A DNA stretch of 64,000 bases from an uncultured Candidatus Saccharibacteria bacterium. Its GTDB lineage: Bacteria > Patescibacteriota > Saccharimonadia > Saccharimonadales > Saccharimonadaceae. Made by a program: the position numbers and the translations under genes. Shown here piece after piece: positions 36,135 to 44,729 of this stretch (the first letter of the stretch is position 1; every line of letters begins with the position of its first letter). Location: the NCBI GenBank assembly GCA_965241395.1, contig CBDEOC010000059.1, positions 5,198 through 69,197 of the forward strand, given 5' to 3'. The notes below the pieces were generated by a model. It did no database searches. It was not told the origin of the DNA and saw only the letters and a program-made list of their open reading frames with translations.

Positions 36135-37143
36135 TCAGTTGCCGCCCAGTGACCTGGCGTCAGGTAACGACCTGAAGAGGCTCTACTTTATCGTTAAACT
36201 TGACTCAAAGGTGATTGACAGTCGAGTGGCTCATATCTACGAACACTGCCTGGTAGAGCAGCTATCTGATTACCTACGTCGGGAGTGCCGGACCAGGTTC
36301 CCCGGTATCTTCCTCAGCTATGGAGCCACTACCTTTCTCGGCTATATCATGTTTCAGTTTGCTACTAGGGACGAGCAAGCGATGGGTCCGGTTCGGCAGT
36401 TCTTTCGGCAGAGTCGCTCTGTACCTGGACCTGCGATATTGGAGCAGTGTCAGCGGAGTGTCGAAGCCGAAGTGGGTATGACTTATCAGATTGATGACAG
36501 GGCGAAGTTTCTGGGAATGATTCACTTACTGACTGGGCTTCATTTTACCGAATTAGCAACCGGTCGGCCGGTTTATAGCGCAGTGACACCGGTGCGCCGA
36601 GCTTACCATGCTCCTTGGCTGCGCCAGCGGCAGGCTAATCGGTCTTTTCGGCGGATGCGGATCCACCTGGAGATCGCTGAGCCGAGCCTTAGTGACTATG
36701 TCATATTACTTAGCTTGACCGATCTACTGCGGGATTTGTGGCGGGAAGTGATGAATAGAACAGGAGCTTATACCCTTGAGCAATGGGTGGAAACTAATGG
36801 GGACAGGTTGGTGGTTAATCTGACTTACTTGGTACATCGTGATATCAAGCGACGACAGCTAACTAGCCAGCTGGGGCGAGCTTTATTGACTGAACTGAGC
36901 CGTGCTGAGCTAGATCGGTCGATTAGTGAGGTTAAGAGAGCCGGTTCGACTATCTTTTACCCCGATCAACTATATGACCTGACGGGTCGATTAATGACTA
37001 CCGAGGTGGCACTAGAGAAGTGCTTGACTGTAGAAAATCTGCGTCAGGCGCTAGGGCGGTTACGTCTAGCCGGAGTAGTCTACGAACCTCTTTCCAGAGA
37101 ATATTATGGCTACGATAATCAAAGTAGTGAGTATCCGAGATAA
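36127..37143 (+). CDS. M16-peptidase-like paralog B2 with an intact HxxEH...E zinc signature
   Basis: AHIYEH (H36, E39, H40; nt 36232-36246), GATTFLGYIMFQF and E106-x6-E113. It overlaps A2 by 8 nt, with GAGG 6 nt before the ATG. Confidence 0.6.
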   Translation: MLDQLPPSDLASGNDLKRLYFIVKLDSKVIDSRVAHIYEHCLVEQLSDYLRRECRTRFPGIFLSYGATTFLGYIMFQFATRDEQAMGPVRQFFRQSRSVPGPAILEQCQRSVEAEVGMTYQIDDRAKFLGMIHLLTGLHFTELATGRPVYSAVTPVRRAYHAPWLRQRQANRSFRRMRIHLEIAEPSLSDYVILLSLTDLLRDLWREVMNRTGAYTLEQWVETNGDRLVVNLTYLVHRDIKRRQLTSQLGRALLTELSRAELDRSISEVKRAGSTIFYPDQLYDLTGRLMTTEVALEKCLTVENLRQALGRLRLAGVVYEPLSREYYGYDNQSSEYPR

Positions 37144-37203
37144 CACCCCCGTGTTGCACGTATTTAATAGGCATAACCGATTATGTTGTATAATAGTTAG
37201 CAT

Positions 37204-38457
37204 ATGAAGCTTTTTTCACGGGTCGAGGAGACCGATCAGTATATCGTCGCCTTAGATATCGGGACGGTCTACACCAAGGCTCTGATCGCTAAACTGATTG
37301 ATGATAAGCTGAGGGTAGTCGGGGTTGGTCGGGCCCGCCAAGAGACAGGCAACATGTTTGGTGGAGCTATCGCTGATATCACCGGTGTAGTCAAGAACTG
37401 TGAGGTAGCGCTGGCCAAAGCGGAGGATCAGGCCGGTGTCCAGGCTAAGAAGGTGGTGATTGGTATCGCCGGCGAGTTCGTTAAGGGGATTACTTCAACT
37501 ATTCGTTATAAACGTCCCAACCCGGATCATCAGCTGAGTGAAGCGGAGATGCAGCTGATCATTGACAAGGTGCAAGAGAGGGCTGCCACTAAGGCGCAGA
37601 AACAGATCGCCTTTGAGACGGGCAATCCTGATGTCGAGGTCAAGCTGGTTAATGCTGCTATCGTCAGTATTCATATCGACGGCTACAAGGTTAGTAACCC
37701 AATCGGCTTCCAGGGTAAAGACGTGGCGATCCAGATCTACACTGCATTTGCACCGATGGTTCATATCGGGGCGCTGGAGCGGACGGCAACTGAGCTAAAC
37801 TTAGAGTTGGTGGCAGTGGCAGCCGAGCCCTTTGCGGTAGCTCGGGCAGTGCTGGGGGCAGATGAGAGTCCCAACTATACAGCGATATTGTGCGATGTCG
37901 GTGGTGGTAGTACTGATATTGCTGTGGTAAATGACGGCGGAGTGGAAGGTACCAAGTGCTTTGGCGTGGCCGGTCGATCCTTCACTAAGACGATCAGTGG
38001 CGACCTAAGCATTGGCTATGAGGCTGCCGAGAAGCTCAAGCTTAATATTGACGGAGGCAAGATCAAGCCTAACGTACTCCGGACGGTCAATGAGTCGATC
38101 GACAATACTCTAGATGTCTGGATTAGTGGTGTGCAGCTGGCGCTGAGCGAATTTGATGCTATCGACCATCTGCCGAATAAGTTCTTACTCTGTGGTGGCG
38201 GTTCGTCACTGGGTGCTTTAGTCGATCGTCTGGAGACATCAAACTGGTACAAGGACTTGCCTTTTTCGAGACGACCGATCATCAAGCACGTTCGCCCTAG
38301 CGATGTATCAGGCATAGAGGATGAGACCGGCGAGATCACCGACCACACTCTGATTACCGCCCTGGGGCTTTTGCGAGTAGGCTATGATACAATGGAGTCA
38401 GTCACGGGGACGAAGGAGACGTTCCGAGATAAAATAGATAGAGTACTAAGGATATAA
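37204..38457 (+). CDS. ftsA: Cell division protein FtsA (actin-like ATPase)
   Basis: ALDIGTVYTK, an SHS2-type insert and DVGGGSTDIAVV. The whole sequence looks like FtsA. Confidence 0.85.
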   Translation: MKLFSRVEETDQYIVALDIGTVYTKALIAKLIDDKLRVVGVGRARQETGNMFGGAIADITGVVKNCEVALAKAEDQAGVQAKKVVIGIAGEFVKGITSTIRYKRPNPDHQLSEAEMQLIIDKVQERAATKAQKQIAFETGNPDVEVKLVNAAIVSIHIDGYKVSNPIGFQGKDVAIQIYTAFAPMVHIGALERTATELNLELVAVAAEPFAVARAVLGADESPNYTAILCDVGGGSTDIAVVNDGGVEGTKCFGVAGRSFTKTISGDLSIGYEAAEKLKLNIDGGKIKPNVLRTVNESIDNTLDVWISGVQLALSEFDAIDHLPNKFLLCGGGSSLGALVDRLETSNWYKDLPFSRRPIIKHVRPSDVSGIEDETGEITDHTLITALGLLRVGYDTMESVTGTKETFRDKIDRVLRI

Positions 38458-38458
38458 G

Positions 38459-40228
38459 ATGGCGAAGCTTGATAGTCAGAGAGTCAAGGTCAGAGTAGCG
38501 AAGCGAGGGCGAGACGATACGCCAAGTTCCGGCTTACAGGGTCGGGGTCTGATCTACATTGATACTGACGACGATGTGACTTCTATCGTAGGCAAGATTA
38601 AGGCTGCCAAAGAGACAGTTGTGGCGCTAGTGCCGCCTAAGCGCATCGGAGTACTGCAGAGCGCAGTTAACCTGAAGCTATTACAACGAGCAGCTAAGCT
38701 GGCGCATAAGCGTCTCAGTATCGTTACCTTGGATAAGGCGCTGACCAACTTAGCCTCCGGCCTAGCCATTCCGGTGGCTAAGAATATCAATGCTCAGGCG
38801 AGATTACTGGAAGTTGATAACGTCGATGATGATGACGATGACATCATTGACGGGCGTAATGAAGCGATTGGTAGGCTGGATGACGTTGCCAGAGAGTCAG
38901 CGGGAGAGCGGATGGATGATGATATATCCGTGGCTGTGGCGGCTATCGAGACGGACGATCATATCAAGAACGACGCTGATGGTGACGGCGTGGCTGACGA
39001 TGAAGCCCCCGGAACGACGAAGCGGCCGACCGGTAAGCGAATCAAGATCCCTGATATCGGCGATCTGAGAAAGAAGATTTTACTAATCGGTGGAGGCTTG
39101 ATACTGCTGATTGGGCTGATCGTCTGGGCGCTCGTTATCGCTCCTCAAGCGATTATTACCATCAAGGCGAAGACAACTGCTGTTGATATTGAGCGGACAC
39201 TTAACTTAGTGCCGTCCGGCGAGCGTAATGACGAGCAGGGTATCCTGCCCCCGGTCATCAAGCAAAAGAAAGCTAACGAGATAGTGCAGTTCAACGCTAC
39301 CGGTACTAAGGAGGTCGGTACTAAGGCGACCGGTACAGTGGCTTTTTGCTATAACGCTACTCCTAATGACTCCTATAGCGACACACCGAAGAAGAATAGT
39401 ATTACCATTGAAGCGGGTACCAGATTATACGCTAGCGGCATGCAGTTCACGACTGACGGTGATGTGACGGTTATCGGCGGTAAAGATGCTTCGGGAGAGT
39501 GCAAGACTTATCATAGCGTCAAAGCGACAGCGGTGAACATCGGCCCCGAAGGCAATATCGAGAAGAATACCGCCCTTTCCGTCTCGGGCTATTCTTCCAG
39601 TAAAGTGACAGCCCTGGCTAAAGTGACCTTCAGTGGCGGTAATAAGCAGACGGTTAAGGTGGTGTCGCAAGCTGATGTCGATACGGCGGTAGCGGCGTTA
39701 AAGAAAAAAGGTGATAGTAATGCCGCTAAGAAAGACCTGGCCAGTCAAATGTCCGGCTCGGTAGTAACCATCAGTAACAGCTTTAGCGTCGGACAGAGTG
39801 AGGTGAAAGTATCGCCGGCGGTGGGCGAGCAATCGTCCGGTCAAGCGACCGCCAGTATGGAAATTACCTACACCCTGATGGGGGTTAGTCGGGGTGATCT
39901 AAAGGGGATGTTGTCTCACCAGCTGAATAGCAAAAAACGCCCTGACCAGAAGATTTATAGCGATGGCGTTAAAGAAATAGCGTTTAGCGGCTTCGCTCCA
40001 GCCCAGAATGGCTATGTAGTTGCTATTAAGACTACCGGTAAGTTAGGACCGCAAGTGGATGAAGCTAGCGCCAAGCGCCAGGCGACAGGTCGTAAATCAG
40101 AGGAGGTTAAGTCGCTGCTCAAGCAGACCGAGGGTGTTAGCGATGTTAACGTAGCGCTGTCGCCCTTCTGGGTTAGTCGGGTACCGGCTGTGAATAAGAT
40201 AAAGGTTGTTTATACGGTCGATCAATGA
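38459..40228 (+). CDS. Bitopic membrane protein: cytoplasmic N-domain, acidic linker, TM helix and a large external domain (possibly baseplate-J/gp47-like)
   Basis: Its ATG is 1 nt after the ftsA stop. There is a DDDDDD linker and a TM helix ILLIGGGLILLIGLIVWALVIAP. The external part has ATGTVAFCYN...ITIEAGTRLY, reminiscent of CPR proteins annotated as baseplate J-like (from memory, unverified). Confidence 0.5.
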   Translation: MAKLDSQRVKVRVAKRGRDDTPSSGLQGRGLIYIDTDDDVTSIVGKIKAAKETVVALVPPKRIGVLQSAVNLKLLQRAAKLAHKRLSIVTLDKALTNLASGLAIPVAKNINAQARLLEVDNVDDDDDDIIDGRNEAIGRLDDVARESAGERMDDDISVAVAAIETDDHIKNDADGDGVADDEAPGTTKRPTGKRIKIPDIGDLRKKILLIGGGLILLIGLIVWALVIAPQAIITIKAKTTAVDIERTLNLVPSGERNDEQGILPPVIKQKKANEIVQFNATGTKEVGTKATGTVAFCYNATPNDSYSDTPKKNSITIEAGTRLYASGMQFTTDGDVTVIGGKDASGECKTYHSVKATAVNIGPEGNIEKNTALSVSGYSSSKVTALAKVTFSGGNKQTVKVVSQADVDTAVAALKKKGDSNAAKKDLASQMSGSVVTISNSFSVGQSEVKVSPAVGEQSSGQATASMEITYTLMGVSRGDLKGMLSHQLNSKKRPDQKIYSDGVKEIAFSGFAPAQNGYVVAIKTTGKLGPQVDEASAKRQATGRKSEEVKSLLKQTEGVSDVNVALSPFWVSRVPAVNKIKVVYTVDQ

Positions 40229-40668
40229 AGCAGCTGGAACGATTAATGGCGCTGGATGTCGGGGCTCGACGAATTGGTGTTGCTTTTGGCGATAACGAGG
40301 TTAAACTAGCCTCACCGGCTGAAGCGGTTGAGAATGACGGGCAGGCTCTGGCTGAGATCTGTCGTTTGGTCGTAAACCACCGGATCAAGACAGTGGTGGT
40401 TGGCCTGCCTCGCAATGCCGAGGGGCTGGAGACTAAGCAGAGTGAGTACTGTCGTCAGTTTGCAGATGATCTGGGGGATGCTATGTCGGTTAGTTCCATT
40501 CGGGACGTTGAAGTGGTTTTTCAGGATGAGAGTTTGACATCCGTTCAGGCAGAGGCGATGCTTCGTCGGGACAAGAAGCACTTTAAGGAGCAAATGTTAC
40601 GAGACGGCACGCTGGATAGTCAAGCAGCGGTGGTTATATTGACTGATTATCTAGGTGGGGTGAAATAA
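40225..40668 (+). CDS. ruvX: YqgF/RuvX-family putative pre-16S rRNA nuclease
   Basis: MALDVGARRIGVAFGD, VVGLPRN.EG and the typical size (147 aa). Confidence 0.85.
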   Translation: MKQLERLMALDVGARRIGVAFGDNEVKLASPAEAVENDGQALAEICRLVVNHRIKTVVVGLPRNAEGLETKQSEYCRQFADDLGDAMSVSSIRDVEVVFQDESLTSVQAEAMLRRDKKHFKEQMLRDGTLDSQAAVVILTDYLGGVK

Positions 40669-40671
40669 GGT

Positions 40672-41883
40672 ATGAAGATAGAGGTGGGCAAGCTTAAGCC
40701 GGGTTATAAACGGGTGAATGTCAGTCAGGTTAAGCGACGACCGTCATTTGAGATAGCGAACGACTTCATGGAGCTTAACTTTAAGCCAATTATCGAAGCG
40801 GAGACTGAGGCAACGCTGAGTCGAGGTGAGCTGAGGCGTCGGCGCCGTCAGCAAAAGCGTCAAGCTCGGCGGGGCAGACATAGCATCTTGCGTAACAGCG
40901 CAGTCATCGCAGCGATCTTCATTGTTATTGCCGTTGCGACCGTCTTTGTTTGGTGGTGTAGCTCGTCCGAGCCGGTCAATGCAGCAGATAAGAGTGTCCG
41001 ACAGTTCGTTATTGATAAGGGCGCTACCACTGAAGAAGTGGCTAATGCTCTCCAGAAGGCGGGCTTTATTCGCAATACTCTGGCTTTTCGAATCTACAAG
41101 CGTCTTCATGGCGGGGATATCCAGGCGGGCACACATATGCTTAGTCCGAGCTACGGCATGACCAAGATTGTTGATAAGCTAGCCACCGCTGATAGTGATG
41201 AGGTTGACATCCAGATACCGCCCGGGCTGACTCTTAACGAGCTAAAAGAGGTCTTTAAGGGTTATGACTATACCGATGCTGAGATAGAGAAGGCTTTATC
41301 AGCTCATTACGATAGTCCGATCTTAGCTGACAAACCCGATAATGCCAGCCTGGAAGGCTACCTCTACCCCGATACTTACCGGGTGCTGGCCGGTGATGGG
41401 CTGGATAAGGTGATCAAGAAAGCACTTAATCAACTGGCGCTGGTCAGTAGTCGTAACAATCTCAAGGTTAAATTTGCCGGTCGGGGGCTGAGCTTTTATC
41501 AGGGCATTACACTGGCCTCAATCGTAACCAAGGAGGTCAAGAACCAAGCTGATCAGAAGCTGGTAGCCAGCGTCTTTTACAATCGTTTAGAGGCGGGGAT
41601 GAATCTAGGCTCGGACGTGACGTTCCAGTACGCCTACAAGATGGGGATGTGCAACACCAACTCACCCGACTGTACTTCGACCTATAATACCCGCAATAAT
41701 CCGGGGTTACCGCCCGGACCAATCGCCAATCCTAGCCTGAGTGCTATGCTGGCGGTGGCGGAGCCTCCGGCGAGTGGCTACTATTACTTTGTGGCCGGCG
41801 AAGATGGCAAGACATATTTCTCGGAGACGGCTGACCAGCACAATCAAGCTGTGGCTGACCACTGTGGCAAGCTGTGCAAGTAG
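40672..41883 (+). CDS. mltG: Endolytic murein transglycosylase MltG (YceG-like)
   Basis: N-terminal TM helix, LASIVTKE, YNTRNNPGLPPGPIANP and YYFVA..DGKTYFSET motifs. Confidence 0.88.
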   Translation: MKIEVGKLKPGYKRVNVSQVKRRPSFEIANDFMELNFKPIIEAETEATLSRGELRRRRRQQKRQARRGRHSILRNSAVIAAIFIVIAVATVFVWWCSSSEPVNAADKSVRQFVIDKGATTEEVANALQKAGFIRNTLAFRIYKRLHGGDIQAGTHMLSPSYGMTKIVDKLATADSDEVDIQIPPGLTLNELKEVFKGYDYTDAEIEKALSAHYDSPILADKPDNASLEGYLYPDTYRVLAGDGLDKVIKKALNQLALVSSRNNLKVKFAGRGLSFYQGITLASIVTKEVKNQADQKLVASVFYNRLEAGMNLGSDVTFQYAYKMGMCNTNSPDCTSTYNTRNNPGLPPGPIANPSLSAMLAVAEPPASGYYYFVAGEDGKTYFSETADQHNQAVADHCGKLCK

Positions 41884-41986
41884 CTTTCGCTACTACTGTC
41901 GATAGCTTACTCCACCCCTAAAGAGCATTGACACAACTACCTCCGGCTTGCTATAATCAATAGCGATTTAATCTAAATCACGAGCT

Positions 41987-43240
41987 ATGACTGATCGTAA
42001 TTTAATTAATTCTTCCAGCGAGAGAATCAAATCAAAGGCAAGTGGACGGAGCAAGAAGTTCCTACAACGGGCTTCTTACATCGCCGTCTTCATACTGGTA
42101 CTGACGTTAGTCGCTACGAGTTACACTCATGCTGACTCTATCACCCAGGTTAGCCTGCCGGGTGTGTCGACTAGCAATTCTATTGACGTTAATATCCTGC
42201 AAGGTCAGAAAGTTGGCCAGGTTAACCAGTCTAATGCTGTCGCTACCAGCTTGGCTGACAATACCGGCGGTCAGCTGGCAGGCGGAGCGGTAACGACAGG
42301 CTCGACTACGGCTGATGATGTCAAGTCGGCCAATATTGCTTCGGCGGTGGCGTCAGTGACCAATCTGTCGTCATCAAATAGCGTCTCCAGTAATGCAGAG
42401 TCGGTTAACGTAAGCGCCGAGATGGCACAGGCTGATGCTACCAGCGTTAGCAAACAGCAGATTGTGGCGCCGACGACTGAGTCGAAGGCTTTGGCGACTT
42501 ATGTAGTGAAGGAAGGTGACTCGGCGGAGACGATTGCGAAAGCACATGGCGTCTCAGCCCAGACTATCCGCTGGGCCAATGGTCTCAAGACTGATGCTAT
42601 GGCGGTTGGCTCGACTATCACTATCCCGGCTGTTGATGGTGTAGTCTATACCGTCAAAGAAGGTGATGACCTGAAAGCACTGGCTGATAAATACAAGTCG
42701 TCTACCGAGTCGATCACTAATATCAATAACCTCAATAGCGACAAGGTGGCGACGGGTACGGCTATTCTTTTGCCGGACGGTGTCTTGCCTGAGGAAGAGC
42801 GCCCGGAGTATGTTGCGCCTCAAGCCAGACGGCGCTATGGGCGGAGTTCGTACTCGTATGGTTATAATAATGATTCGTCGGGTGTTAGCACTACTCTAGG
42901 CTTCTATGTGCCGATCGTCAGCGGCAACCGCTATGCCTATGGTTACTGTACCTGGTATGCCTATAATCGCCGAGTTCAGCTGGGGCTACCGGTCAGCGGC
43001 GGCTGGGGTAATGCCAATACCTGGGATAGTGGGGCGAGGGCTTCGGGGCTTCTGGTCGACCACATTCCGTCAGTTGGGGCTATTTTCCAGACCAAGTCCG
43101 GCTACTACGGTCACGTCGGTATCGTCGAGCGAGTTAATCCCGATGGTAGCGTCTTCGTCAGTGAGATGAACTACGCCGGTTGGAACGTCCGATCAACCAG
43201 AACCATCCATAATCTAGCGGGCTACAAGTTTATTCACTAG
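41987..43240 (+). CDS. Secreted peptidoglycan hydrolase with two LysM domains and a CHAP domain
   Basis: N-terminal TM/signal segment, YVVKEGDSAETIAKAHGVSAQTIRWANGL and YTVKEGDDLKALADKY (LysM). The C-terminus has GYCTWYAY...GHVGIVE (CHAP Cys/His). Confidence 0.85.
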   Translation: MTDRNLINSSSERIKSKASGRSKKFLQRASYIAVFILVLTLVATSYTHADSITQVSLPGVSTSNSIDVNILQGQKVGQVNQSNAVATSLADNTGGQLAGGAVTTGSTTADDVKSANIASAVASVTNLSSSNSVSSNAESVNVSAEMAQADATSVSKQQIVAPTTESKALATYVVKEGDSAETIAKAHGVSAQTIRWANGLKTDAMAVGSTITIPAVDGVVYTVKEGDDLKALADKYKSSTESITNINNLNSDKVATGTAILLPDGVLPEEERPEYVAPQARRRYGRSSYSYGYNNDSSGVSTTLGFYVPIVSGNRYAYGYCTWYAYNRRVQLGLPVSGGWGNANTWDSGARASGLLVDHIPSVGAIFQTKSGYYGHVGIVERVNPDGSVFVSEMNYAGWNVRSTRTIHNLAGYKFIH

Positions 43241-43246
43241 GGGTTC

Positions 43247-44671
43247 ATGCGGACGTTCTTCTTTTATGATCTGGAGACGTCCGGATTTAGTGCCAGGTAC
43301 GACCGGATCATGCAGTTTGCCGGTCAGCGGACTGACGATGAGCTTGAGCCGATCGGTCAGCCGGTTAACTTGTTGGTCAAGCTGACTGATGATATCTTAC
43401 CTTCGCCGGGGGCGGTCTTAACTACTCATATTACGCCGCAAATGACGGTGGCTGACGGTATCAGCGAGGCGGACTTTTGCCGTTACTTTCTAGAGCAGGT
43501 TGCTACACCGGATACAACCATCCTGGGATATAACAGTACGAGGTTTGACGATGAGTTTATCCGTCACACCTTGTGGCGCAATTTTCATGATCCTTATCAG
43601 TGGGCATGGGCAGAAGGTCGTGACCGCTGGGACCTGCTGGATGTGACTCGGCTGGTACGAGCGTTGCGTCCGGAGGGAGTTAACTGGCCAACTAAGCGGG
43701 TAGCGGAGACGGATCAGCTGATTACTACGGTCAATCTGGTAGATATGGCGAAATGTAACGGCTTTGAGAATGACAATGCTCATGATGCCCTGGCTGATGT
43801 CAAGGCGCTGATTAACCTGGCGAGGCTACTACGTCGGAGTCAGCCGACAATGTGGCGCTACTTGCTGGATCACCACGACAAGCGCTCGGTACTTGATATT
43901 ATCACCCCCGGCCAGCCTAAGCCGTTTGTCTATGCCAGTGGTCGCTACTCGTCGAGCTATCAGAAGACGACGGTGGCGACGGTAATTGCCGAAGGGCGTA
44001 CCCCGAATAGCTATCTAGTTTGGGATCTGCGTTATGATCCGGTTGATTTCACCTCACTCAGCGAAGCGGAGATACTCAGTAATCTGACGGCAGATCGGGC
44101 GACTAGACGACAGGATGATTTCGTCCCTGTACCGATCAAGGAGCTGAGTATCAACAAGTGTCCCGCAGTAGCGCCTCTGGGGGTGTTGGACTCAGCTTCG
44201 GAAGTTCGGATTAGTCTAAGCCGGACTGAGGCAATGAAGCATTATCATCAGCTGAATAGCCAAGCCGGATTAATCAAACGACTGACTAGGGCTTGGTGCA
44301 AGCGTCCTGTCTTTCCGCCGGCTAGTGATGTCGAAGGTAAGCTGTATGACAGTTTTACGCCTAAGAGTGATCAGACGAAGATCCGCCTGGTCGCCGCAGC
44401 TGATTCAACCGGTCTGGCTGATTTACACCCCAACTTTGCCGACGAACGGCTGAATGAGCTGCTCTTTCGCTATAAGGCTCGCCAATACCCGGCTAGTTTA
44501 TCAGAGTCGGAGGAAGAGCGTTGGCAAAGGTTTCGCCGAGCCAAACTGGAGCGGGAGCTGCCGGCTTATCTGTCAGAGCTGAGCAAGCTGGCGAATAGTC
44601 CGGCAGCGGATCAGTTTATCTTAGAAGAGCTTCAGCTGTGGGCGGAGTCGATTGCACCGGTCGACTACTAG
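43247..44671 (+). CDS. sbcB: Exodeoxyribonuclease I
   Basis: DEDDh exonuclease motifs FFFYDLETSG, GYNSTRFDDEF and HDALADV, plus an SbcB-type C-terminal domain. Confidence 0.85.
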   Translation: MRTFFFYDLETSGFSARYDRIMQFAGQRTDDELEPIGQPVNLLVKLTDDILPSPGAVLTTHITPQMTVADGISEADFCRYFLEQVATPDTTILGYNSTRFDDEFIRHTLWRNFHDPYQWAWAEGRDRWDLLDVTRLVRALRPEGVNWPTKRVAETDQLITTVNLVDMAKCNGFENDNAHDALADVKALINLARLLRRSQPTMWRYLLDHHDKRSVLDIITPGQPKPFVYASGRYSSSYQKTTVATVIAEGRTPNSYLVWDLRYDPVDFTSLSEAEILSNLTADRATRRQDDFVPVPIKELSINKCPAVAPLGVLDSASEVRISLSRTEAMKHYHQLNSQAGLIKRLTRAWCKRPVFPPASDVEGKLYDSFTPKSDQTKIRLVAAADSTGLADLHPNFADERLNELLFRYKARQYPASLSESEEERWQRFRRAKLERELPAYLSELSKLANSPAADQFILEELQLWAESIAPVDY

Positions 44672-44729
44672 TTGCCGTTCAGCTACTTGCCAGCTCCGAT
44701 ATGCTTGTGTTAATTTATTAGGTAAGTAC

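Noticed and set aside
36232-36246. HIYEH in B2 also fits the HxxxH motif of AlaRS/ThrRS editing (AlaX-type) domains. This is tempting, given the editing-less alaS 3.8 kb upstream.
   Set aside because: No downstream CxxxH motif exists in B2 or in any paralog. The flanking pattern (a beta-strand before the motif, the GATT..Y block, E-x6-E about 70 aa later, and an M16_C-like second half) fits M16 better. B1, the copy actually coupled to alaS, lacks the histidines.
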